Of a stretch of 47,106 bases of DNA, positions 1-7,836 are shown in pieces. This DNA is from Candidatus Amesbacteria bacterium RIFCSPLOWO2_01_FULL_48_25. GTDB lineage: Bacteria > Patescibacteriota > Microgenomatia > CAZETR01 > Amesbacteraceae. The DNA lies in NCBI GenBank assembly GCA_001773695.1, contig MEXN01000003.1, positions 91,547 through 138,652 of the forward strand, read 5' to 3'. Under the pieces are notes generated by a model. The model searched no databases and was not told the origin of the DNA. It saw only the letters and a program-made list of their open reading frames with translations. Position 1 is the first letter of the stretch. Each line of letters starts with the position of its first letter. The translations under genes were made by a program, and so were the position numbers.

Positions 1-184
1 GTTTTTCTGAATCCCCTGCTATCACTGTGACTTTTTTATCCAATGATTTTAGGACGTGCATCATGGCCAGAACCCCGCCGATACTATCTCCATCAGGGCT
101 GGGATGGCAATGAAGAAGAATACTGTTTGCTTTTTGGATTTCGGACCAAATTATTGGAGCGAGTTGTTTGACTTTATTGGACAT
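1..184 (-). CDS. DHH-family phosphoesterase (NrnA-like), N-terminal part, runs off window
   Basis: Manual translation from ATG at 184: MSNKVKQLAPIIWSEIQKANSILLHCHPSPDGDSIGGVLAM..., containing DHH motif I (HxxPDGDSIG). Not in the ORF track. Confidence 0.85.
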   Translation of the reverse strand, partial: MSNKVKQLAPIIWSEIQKANSILLHCHPSPDGDSIGGVLAMMHVLKSLDKKVTVIAGDSEK

Positions 185-455
185 TATTTTTGGGAATCAG
201 GGTTAACGGCCGGGGACCGGATAATCCAGTCTCGATTGAGACAATTTCGTAATTGGGGAAGTGGGCTTGAACTTGGCCTCGAACCCTACTCCACCATGTT
301 TTGTCTGTTATTCCGGCCTTTTTAAGAATTTGTTCTAGCGCTACTCCTTTATTGTTTATTGCGGCGGTAAACAATAACTGGATGGCTTCATGAACTTCTG
401 GTGGACAATCGTCCGGACAATTGTACTTAATATCGGGAAATGGAGAGGGTTCCAT
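174..455 (-). CDS. Hypothetical protein (93 aa)
   Basis: ORF fills the gap between the glycosylase and DHH genes on the same strand; no recognised motif. Confidence 0.6.
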   Translation of the reverse strand: MEPSPFPDIKYNCPDDCPPEVHEAIQLLFTAAINNKGVALEQILKKAGITDKTWWSRVRGQVQAHFPNYEIVSIETGLSGPRPLTLIPKNNVQ

Positions 456-467
456 GTGGGGGCAATT

Positions 468-1076
468 TTAATCGCTATCAAGGGATTTCCACAAGTACCA
501 GCAGGCGACGGTGCGGAAAGGGCGCCAGGGATGGGCGATTTTTTCCATACGATGTTTTAAGGTTTTGTGCGATCTATTTAAGCGATAATGTTTGACAAAT
601 GCGTTTTGAATACCTACGTCGTCCAGAGGAAACACGTCGGGCGAGTGAAGATTGAACATGAGAAACATCTCAGCCGACCAGCGACCGATGCCTTTGACCC
701 ATGTGAGGTGGGTTACAATTTCTTCGTCAGACATGATTGACAAGTCGTCTAGCCGGACAGTTTTGTCCTGAATCTTTTGCGACAAGTCATGCAGACTGCG
801 GGCTTTGGCCCAAGATGTTCCAATTCCACGCAATTTTTCCTGAGGGACATTGAGAACTAGTTGGGGGGTAAGTTTTCCCTGGGGGAACAGTTTTTCAAAG
901 CGGGAGTAAATAGTGTGAGCGGCCTTGCTAGAAAGCTGCTGTTCGATAATTGAATAAACCAACGACTGGAAATGGTCACGGCTGGGGCGATAATTTAAAA
1001 GGCCATATTTATCGATAAGACTTGCTAAGACTGGATCGGATCTAAGATGAATGATGGCCTTTTTCAAATGCCGCAT
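468..1076 (-). CDS. alkA: DNA-3-methyladenine glycosylase II (HhH-GPD family)
   Basis: IIEQQLS, HhH VKGIGRWSAEM, FPLDDVG catalytic Asp, WRPFRT. Confidence 0.9.
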   Translation of the reverse strand: MRHLKKAIIHLRSDPVLASLIDKYGLLNYRPSRDHFQSLVYSIIEQQLSSKAAHTIYSRFEKLFPQGKLTPQLVLNVPQEKLRGIGTSWAKARSLHDLSQKIQDKTVRLDDLSIMSDEEIVTHLTWVKGIGRWSAEMFLMFNLHSPDVFPLDDVGIQNAFVKHYRLNRSHKTLKHRMEKIAHPWRPFRTVACWYLWKSLDSD

Positions 1077-1590
1077 ATATTTTGGCCAAGGCTTTCTTGG
1101 CCCGGTAGAGTCGACCCTCTAGGGCGCGGGGGGAGAGGTTTAACTTGAGGCCGATTTCGCGGGTAGACAGTTCTTGGTAGTATTTGAGGTGCAAAAGTCG
1201 CCTGTATTCGATGGGCAACAAATTTAGGCACTTGTTGACTTGGGATTTGAGTTCATCCAGAGTTAGTTTTTCTTCCGGTGAGAGACCAGGATCGATCAGA
1301 AGGTTGAATTGCTCGATTGACGGGACAAAAACCTTGGATTTGTAATGAACTTGGTCACGGTAATAATCTGCTAATTTGTTGAGGGCTATTTTACAAATCC
1401 AGGTAAAATATGTACTCTTTTTGTGAAAAGTGTGAAAAGATTTGAGTACAGAAATAAATGTGCCTTGAAGGACTTGTTGTGCCGCTTCTAAGTCTCCGCC
1501 AGTGCGTTTGAGGATGAACCTTATTACGGGCTTACTTAAAGTGCGGTATAATTGGGTCAGCGCAATTGCGCTTTTTTTGGGTATGGACAT
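1042..1590 (-). CDS. ECF-type RNA polymerase sigma-70 factor
   Basis: Region 2 (LYR...VIRF...TWICKIALNKLADYYR) and region 4 HTH (LSTREIG...LEGRLYRAKKAL). Start moved to ATG 1590 because the ORF-track extension is antisense to typA. Confidence 0.85.
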   Translation of the reverse strand: MSIPKKSAIALTQLYRTLSKPVIRFILKRTGGDLEAAQQVLQGTFISVLKSFHTFHKKSTYFTWICKIALNKLADYYRDQVHYKSKVFVPSIEQFNLLIDPGLSPEEKLTLDELKSQVNKCLNLLPIEYRRLLHLKYYQELSTREIGLKLNLSPRALEGRLYRAKKALAKIYAAFEKGHHSS

Positions 1591-3361
1591 ACGCAACATA
1601 GCTATTATCGCACACGTAGACCATGGAAAAACAACCCTGGTTGACGGGATGTTGAAGCAGACCCACACTTTCCGGGAAAACCAGGCGGAGATGTCCCAAA
1701 CGACCATACTCGACAGTAACGAACTGGAACGAGAGAAGGGGATCACCATCTTAGCTAAAAATACGGCAGTGTATTATCGGGACGTCAAAATTAACATTAT
1801 CGATACGCCGGGACACGCAGATTTTGGTGGAGAGGTAGAGCGAGTACTAAATATGGCTGATGCGGCTCTCTTGGTCGTGGACGCTTCCGAAGGTCCCCTA
1901 CCCCAGACTAAGTTTGTTCTGGAGAAGGCATTTGCTGCCGGACTGAAAATAATCGTAGTAATTAATAAAATTGACCGGAAAGATGCCAGAACTGATGATG
2001 TGCTGACTGAAACCGAAGGGTTATTTTTGAGACTAGCAACTGACGAGGGTCATTTGGAATTTCCGGTGATTTATGCCGTAGGTCGGGAGGGTCGAGCAGG
2101 ACTAACTCCAGACCATCTAGCCCCAGATTTGGGGCCGCTTTTTGAATTGATTCTTAAAGAAACTAAAAATGCGGTAGTTGACCTGGACAAGCCGGTGCAA
2201 ATGCTGGTTTCTACATTGGATTTTGACCCGCATTTGGGGCGCTTGGGGATAGGGCGTGTCAAACGTGGGGTTTTAAAAGTGGGGCAAAGAGTAGTTTTGG
2301 TCGGACATGGGGCATTTAACGTCGAGAGATTGTATACGAGTAAGGGAATAGAACGAGTCGAAATAAACGAGGCTATGGCCGGAGACATTGTAGCAATTGC
2401 GGGGATAAAAGACATAGAGATAGGGTTGACAATTGCCGATCCGGGGATGCCAGAGGCGTTACCTATAATTACGGTCGAGGAGCCTACTCTAAAAATGACC
2501 ATGGGTGCGAACACTTCCCCACTTGCAGGACGTGAGGGGAAATATCTCACCAGCAGGCAAATTGGGGAAAGATTGGAGAAAGAAATAGAGAAGAATTTGG
2601 GCATGAAATTTAAAGATCTGGGAGGTGGAGAATTTGAAGTAGCTGGACGGGGAGAGTTACATCTAGCCATACTTCTGGAGACGATGCGGCGAGAAGGATA
2701 CGAAATGCAGGTGTCCCGGCCGCAGGTAATTATGAAGGACAACCTGGAACCGTACGACGAAGTTACCATCGAAATGCCCAACGAGTTTGTGGGGGTGGTG
2801 ACGACCGAAATGGGAAAACGAAAAGGGCAAATGCGGGATATGACGGCCACAAAAATAACTTACTTGATCTCGCAGCGGAATATGATTGGAGCTAGAAATA
2901 TTCTCTTAACCCAAACCAAAGGAACGATGGTAATGCATACTCAGTTTGCCGGTTACAAAGAGACGGGGCTGGTGGCTCAGGATTTGCGGCCGGGGGTATT
3001 GGTAACTCTGGATAGCGGTAAGGCCTTAGCGTACTCGCTGGAGAATGCTCAAGAGAGGGGTATTACTTTTGTCGATCCAGGAGAAGACGTATATGAAGGT
3101 ATGATTGTGGGACTGGGAACCCGTGAAAATGATGTGGAATTGAACGTTTGTCGCGGTAAACACTTGACCAATACCCGGGCGGCTTCAGCGGACATCAAAA
3201 CCGTACTCACACCGGCTCTCAAGATGTCCCTGGAGCAGGCACTGGATTTTATTGCTGACGACGAACTTCTGGAAATTACGCCAAAATCACTAAGACTGAG
3301 AAAGAAATATTTGACTAGACTTGAACGCGTGAGAAATTCTCGGAAACAGCGTGCCAATTGA
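1583..3361 (+). CDS. typA: Translational GTPase TypA/BipA
   Basis: [61 protein letters not shown]. True start MDIRNIA at 1583. Confidence 0.97.
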   Translation: MDIRNIAIIAHVDHGKTTLVDGMLKQTHTFRENQAEMSQTTILDSNELEREKGITILAKNTAVYYRDVKINIIDTPGHADFGGEVERVLNMADAALLVVDASEGPLPQTKFVLEKAFAAGLKIIVVINKIDRKDARTDDVLTETEGLFLRLATDEGHLEFPVIYAVGREGRAGLTPDHLAPDLGPLFELILKETKNAVVDLDKPVQMLVSTLDFDPHLGRLGIGRVKRGVLKVGQRVVLVGHGAFNVERLYTSKGIERVEINEAMAGDIVAIAGIKDIEIGLTIADPGMPEALPIITVEEPTLKMTMGANTSPLAGREGKYLTSRQIGERLEKEIEKNLGMKFKDLGGGEFEVAGRGELHLAILLETMRREGYEMQVSRPQVIMKDNLEPYDEVTIEMPNEFVGVVTTEMGKRKGQMRDMTATKITYLISQRNMIGARNILLTQTKGTMVMHTQFAGYKETGLVAQDLRPGVLVTLDSGKALAYSLENAQERGITFVDPGEDVYEGMIVGLGTRENDVELNVCRGKHLTNTRAASADIKTVLTPALKMSLEQALDFIADDELLEITPKSLRLRKKYLTRLERVRNSRKQRAN

Positions 3362-3923
3362 CAATGTTCCACCAAGCAGTGATGTATTCGGCGCGGCGAT
3401 TTTGATACTTGAGGTAATAAGCATGTTCCCAAACATCCAAACCAAGAATAGGGGTATTACCGTGAATTAGTGGGCTATTTTGAAACGAATGGCGTTTGAG
3501 TGATAAAGTGCCATCCGGTTTTTTTATTAAGAATGCCCAACCGCTGCCGAATACTGACATAGCCTTGGCGGTAAATGCTTCTTTGAATTTGTCGATATTG
3601 CCAAAAGTGGAATTGATGGCCTCTAAAAGTTTGCCAAAGGGAGGGGGTGATTTGGGAGACATAATAGTCCAGAAAAAGCTATGGTTGGCATGGCCGCCGC
3701 CATGGTTGATGACCGCCTGACGTGAACCCTCTGGGACTTGATCCAAATTTTTAAGCAATTCTTCAACCGGAAGGTTGAGTAACTTGTCATTCCCGGCTAG
3801 GGCTTTATTGAGGTTGTCGACATAGGCGGCATGGTGCTTGCCATGGTGGATCTCCATAGTAGTCTTATCGATATACGGTTCCAGGGCGTCACTGGGATAT
3901 GGTAGATCCGGTAGAATGAACAC
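3315..3923 (-). CDS. sodA: Superoxide dismutase Fe/Mn family (Mn-type signatures)
   Basis: HHGKHH, NHGGGHANH, FGSGW, DVWEHAYY; GTG start. Confidence 0.95.
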   Translation of the reverse strand: MFILPDLPYPSDALEPYIDKTTMEIHHGKHHAAYVDNLNKALAGNDKLLNLPVEELLKNLDQVPEGSRQAVINHGGGHANHSFFWTIMSPKSPPPFGKLLEAINSTFGNIDKFKEAFTAKAMSVFGSGWAFLIKKPDGTLSLKRHSFQNSPLIHGNTPILGLDVWEHAYYLKYQNRRAEYITAWWNIVNWHAVSENFSRVQV

Positions 3924-3927
3924 TTAC

Positions 3928-4881
3928 TTATGATAACACCGTATACAATGCTCCGCGAGTGACACCTTGTTTTTGGATGAGTCTATGCTTTTGCAGATAT
4001 TGTAGATCCCGATGTAAAGAAAGGGGGTTAACATTAATAAACCGGCGACGAAGAAAATCGAACGAACGCTCAGGGTGGTCTTTAATTATTCCTAACAATT
4101 CCCTCCTCCTGGGAAGTAATGTGCTTTCGGGGGTCTGAGGTGGGGGGTTTTTGATTTCTTCCAACACCGAGTTGGCCTGAGTAGTCATGGCCTCGAGCAT
4201 ATAGTCGAGGAACTCGGAGCAGTTATGGGATGGTTCTAGAGTACGGTAATACCAATCACGATGCTCGATAATGTATCGTTCCAGTGGAACCAGGCCACCT
4301 AGTCCATATCCCGTTTTGTGGAGCATGTATGCGGAAATTAACCTGCCAGTTCGACCGTTGCCATCGGCGAAGGGGTGAATCTTTTCAAATATAAATTGAC
4401 CTGCGGCGGCGACTATGCAAGGATGAGCTTTTAGGGCATTGATGTAATCTACGAATTCGGACATTAATGCCGGAAGCAGTGTGTGCAATGGCGGGTGATG
4501 GATTTCTTCACCTGCCTGATTAAAAACTCCCCAAGGCTCGGTGCGAAATTGGCCAGCAAACCTTGAAATTCCAAGTAGTGCTTTTTTATGAAGATCTTTA
4601 ATGATGTTGACAGAAAGTGGAGATAAATTGTGGCTGGTATATATCCAGGTGTAGGCAAGTTCTAGGTTTTTACCTTCCTTTCGAGGATACTGAATAGTAG
4701 ATGGAATATTTTCGATCTGGGCAGACGAAACTGCGCTGTTGAGAATTGATTTTCGACGAATTATTTTGATCATTGCTTGGGGCAAGGGTAATTTTTCAAA
4801 AACTTTCCGAAGAATATCTATCTCGTCTAGAAATTTTTTAGTCTGCAATGAAATTGTCCATTTATAATCACTTAACTTCAT
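3928..4881 (-). CDS. Fic-domain protein with N-terminal autoinhibitory motif and C-terminal winged HTH
   Basis: Canonical HPFADGNGRTGR motif; SSAQIEN fits (S/T)xxxE(G/N); C-terminal LHRDLQYL...GVTRGALY resembles a wHTH. Confidence 0.9.
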   Translation of the reverse strand: MKLSDYKWTISLQTKKFLDEIDILRKVFEKLPLPQAMIKIIRRKSILNSAVSSAQIENIPSTIQYPRKEGKNLELAYTWIYTSHNLSPLSVNIIKDLHKKALLGISRFAGQFRTEPWGVFNQAGEEIHHPPLHTLLPALMSEFVDYINALKAHPCIVAAAGQFIFEKIHPFADGNGRTGRLISAYMLHKTGYGLGGLVPLERYIIEHRDWYYRTLEPSHNCSEFLDYMLEAMTTQANSVLEEIKNPPPQTPESTLLPRRRELLGIIKDHPERSFDFLRRRFINVNPLSLHRDLQYLQKHRLIQKQGVTRGALYTVLS

Positions 4882-4895
4882 AAATTACTTATATC

Positions 4896-4935
4896 AGAAA
4901 TGATAATATACGACAAGAAACGATAATATACGAGA
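4896..4935. repeat. 20-bp tandem direct repeat upstream of fic
   Basis: agaaatgataatatacgaca / agaaacgataatatacgaga (18/20 identical). Confidence 0.85.
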
Positions 4936-4940
4936 AGATA

Positions 4941-5345
4941 TTAGGAATTGGAGAGGATGGTGGGGGGAGTGGTTTTGAAGTCGGTGTAGCGCCACCAGGC
5001 GGGAGTAAATTTAAGAAAGATGGTTTTATCGTCCATGTGTTTTTCTGACTCCGGATATTTAGACAGAATCAGCTTTTTGGCAAAAGACGCTTCCATTTTT
5101 TCGATGTGACCGTCTAGTTGCAAAGTAATCCAATCTTGCTCACTAAACCCCACTGCGACCGAGACCGCTGTATGACCTATGTCTAAGCCAGAAAGTTTGC
5201 GATTACCAAAATGAGTAGAGAAGATAAGGACGTCCGTATCGTAAACAAAGTGCATAGCGGAAGCGTGGGGCGAACCGTCTGCCAAAGTTGTTGCTAAAAC
5301 ACACATACGCTCTCTTGCTAGAAAGTCCGATACTTGGGGTGGCAT
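4941..5345 (-). CDS. Pyridoxamine 5'-phosphate oxidase-like (split-barrel flavin-binding) protein
   Basis: VLATTLADGSPHASAMHF...STHFGNRK...LQLDG pattern. Confidence 0.8.
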   Translation of the reverse strand: MPPQVSDFLARERMCVLATTLADGSPHASAMHFVYDTDVLIFSTHFGNRKLSGLDIGHTAVSVAVGFSEQDWITLQLDGHIEKMEASFAKKLILSKYPESEKHMDDKTIFLKFTPAWWRYTDFKTTPPTILSNS

Positions 5346-5355
5346 GCTTTTGATA

Positions 5356-7806
5356 TTACACTTTTTTAATTTTGTAAGTGTGAGAGGCGAGGTCAGGGGT
5401 GATTTCGATGCGGGAGCCTTCGGAAATTTCGCCAGATAATAGTTCCCTGGCGAGAAAATCGCCCAAATCCAGATCTACCAGGCGGCGCATGGGGCGGGCA
5501 CCGTTTTCGGGTTCGTAGCCGGTTTTGGCTAAATACCGGCAAAGCTCATCGGTAATTATCAGCTCAATACCTTGTTGGTGTAAGCGGTCTTTGAGTTCTA
5601 CTAGCATGAGGTGGGCGATCTTCACCAATTGATCCGGCTCGAGCGGGGAATAGACAACTACGCCGTCGAATCTATTAAGAAATTCCGGGGAGAAAGTGCC
5701 GATTTTTTGGACATAATCGATGACTGTTTTTTGCAACCGATCCCCGGTTATGCCTTGGGAAACTAACTGACGGATATATTCTGATCCGGCGTTTGAGGTG
5801 GCAATAACAAACAGATGTTGGCAAATGATTTTTCTATTGAATGCGTCGGTGATAAAGCCCTCGTCCAAAAGTGTGAGCAAAAGATTGTAAATTTGAGGTG
5901 GAGCTTTTTCGATTTCGTCTAGAAGAAGGAGGCTAGTGGGACGATTTTTGATAGCCGTAGTGAGAGCCCCGGGAAGGTTTTGCTGGACGGAGCCGATTAG
6001 ACGGGATAAACCTTCGAACCCGGCGTACTCGGCCATGTCAAAACGTAAGATGTGGCTGGGACTTCCGTAATAGACCTGGGCTAGGGCCTTGGCAGTTTGG
6101 GTCTTGCCGACTCCAGTTGGGCCTAAAAATAGAAACGAGCCGATGGGCCGATTTTCATTTTTGGTGCCGAGACTTCTGGCCCGTAGGCTTTTGGCAATCA
6201 GTGACACGGCGGCGTCTTGGCCGACCAATTGAGAATGGAGAGTGGTTTCTAGATTGGCGAGAATTTTTTTGTCCTGGGGTGTAAGCCTCGTTAGGGAAAT
6301 GCCAGTTTTTTGGGACAGAATGGCGTTGACATGATCGACAGTGATAGTTTTAACTTTGTGCGAGCCAGCGTATGTTACCAACTCATCTAAAATATCCAGG
6401 GCTTTTTCAGGAAATGGTGTGTCGGTTATAAATCGATCGCTACCGTCAATGATTTGGCGTAGGGCAGGTAGGGCGAAAATAATGTTTTTGGTCAATTCTG
6501 CTGAATTGGCAGCAGTAATCAATATATCTAAAGCTTCTTTGGGAGAGGGTTGAATAATTTCCATGGGTTCTAAGTATTTTTTCAGGCGCTGATTGGCAGA
6601 TAAAAAGCGTTCGTAATCGGCAGAGGAAGAAATGGCAATGATTTTGAGGTCCCTTTTATCTAAATACTGTTCAAAAACATCGGTGAAATCTACGCCTTCC
6701 ACTTGAGGGTTGGTTAGACGATGCAAGTCCTTGATAACTAAGATGATGTTTCCAGCCTCGCTGGCTTCGGCTAAGATTTGTCCCAGGCGGAATTTTTTGG
6801 TATTGATATCCAGAGTTTCGCTGAGTAAAAAATTGTAATCGAGCTCTAAGATGCGCCGATAAGATAATTTGGGGTTCAATAGACCCTCTTTGGCACGATA
6901 AGCAAACTTGAGAGCGACTGTGTGCTTGCCTACTCCGGGAAGGCCTACAAGAACCACACTATTGCCAGACAGAAGTGCGGATTCCATTCTGGAAATCAGG
7001 TCTTGCCGGCCGACTATTAGATGACTAGAGAAGGACTGAGGGGTAGCCAGATCGGTGGCGAAATTATCAAGCGTCGGAGTATAGCCAAACAACAGTTCCG
7101 TACCTACGCCCGGCTGGCCAAATCTGAGCGGGATTTTTTCATCTTTTGGCTGGAGATTGTCCCACCACTGGGCTGCGGCGAGTAAATCCTGCGAATTGCA
7201 GCCACGGGGATGCAGGAACTCGTCTTTTATAACCTGGTGGTCTAGCAAAAATTGAATAACTTCAGTAAACGTCTCTAGTTTTTCCGGCCAAGGAAGTGAC
7301 GGTGCCGGAAGCTTAGCTAATTCTTTTGGGTCAAGGCTGGTGTGGGTAAGAATAAATTTGCCGGCAGGTGAGGAGAAAACAGTAGCCAAAACTCGGTCTG
7401 GATGGGCTTTGATTTTGTAAAGTAAGCCAGCTGTGACCAAATCCAGACGATTTTGATATTCTTTGAAGCTTGTGAGGCTAACCGGAGGAAAAATGAGCCA
7501 AAATATTAGCCCCACGGGGCCGCTAGCTAGAATCAAGAGTAAAACTGCAACACCTGTGAGAAACAAAAAAATTCTAACTACAGCTCCGATCCCCCTGGAA
7601 ATAAGATTAAAACTGAGCTTTTCCAGCTCCCGGGAGAAGTTAAATCCGGTCGTGGGGGAAGTATCGATGAGGCGTTTCCAGGGTGAAAATAATGACTGGG
7701 GTAATTGGGGAAGGGAAAAGTAGTGAATGACCCTGAGTAAGGCATACCCCCATAGGCGCCAGTAGATTTTTAGGCCTTGGGAATAATGCCAGGAAATCAG
7801 AGACAT
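5356..7806 (-). CDS. ClpA/ClpB-like double AAA+ ATPase with N-terminal transmembrane segment
   Basis: D1 GLPGVGKH and PEKALDILDE; D2 GPTGVGKT, RFDMAEY, LLLDEIEKA, FSPEFLNRFD, GARPMRR; hydrophobic stretch at about aa 70-110. Confidence 0.9.
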   Translation of the reverse strand: MSLISWHYSQGLKIYWRLWGYALLRVIHYFSLPQLPQSLFSPWKRLIDTSPTTGFNFSRELEKLSFNLISRGIGAVVRIFLFLTGVAVLLLILASGPVGLIFWLIFPPVSLTSFKEYQNRLDLVTAGLLYKIKAHPDRVLATVFSSPAGKFILTHTSLDPKELAKLPAPSLPWPEKLETFTEVIQFLLDHQVIKDEFLHPRGCNSQDLLAAAQWWDNLQPKDEKIPLRFGQPGVGTELLFGYTPTLDNFATDLATPQSFSSHLIVGRQDLISRMESALLSGNSVVLVGLPGVGKHTVALKFAYRAKEGLLNPKLSYRRILELDYNFLLSETLDINTKKFRLGQILAEASEAGNIILVIKDLHRLTNPQVEGVDFTDVFEQYLDKRDLKIIAISSSADYERFLSANQRLKKYLEPMEIIQPSPKEALDILITAANSAELTKNIIFALPALRQIIDGSDRFITDTPFPEKALDILDELVTYAGSHKVKTITVDHVNAILSQKTGISLTRLTPQDKKILANLETTLHSQLVGQDAAVSLIAKSLRARSLGTKNENRPIGSFLFLGPTGVGKTQTAKALAQVYYGSPSHILRFDMAEYAGFEGLSRLIGSVQQNLPGALTTAIKNRPTSLLLLDEIEKAPPQIYNLLLTLLDEGFITDAFNRKIICQHLFVIATSNAGSEYIRQLVSQGITGDRLQKTVIDYVQKIGTFSPEFLNRFDGVVVYSPLEPDQLVKIAHLMLVELKDRLHQQGIELIITDELCRYLAKTGYEPENGARPMRRLVDLDLGDFLARELLSGEISEGSRIEITPDLASHTYKIKKV

Positions 7807-7816
7807 ACCTCATTTG

Positions 7817-7826
7817 ATGATATCAT
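7817..7826. promoter_or_regulatory. Palindromic bidirectional extended -10 element (ATGATATCAT)
   Basis: Reads TGaTATCAT on both strands, 10 nt from ATG 7806 (-) and 10 nt from ATG 7837 (+). Confidence 0.65.
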
Positions 7827-7836
7827 GGAAACAGGC

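Noticed and set aside
56-325. 89-aa plus-strand ORF
   Set aside because: Antisense to the DHH gene and the 93-aa ORF, which fit the operon.
2071-2850. 259-aa antisense ORF
   Set aside because: Shadow of typA.
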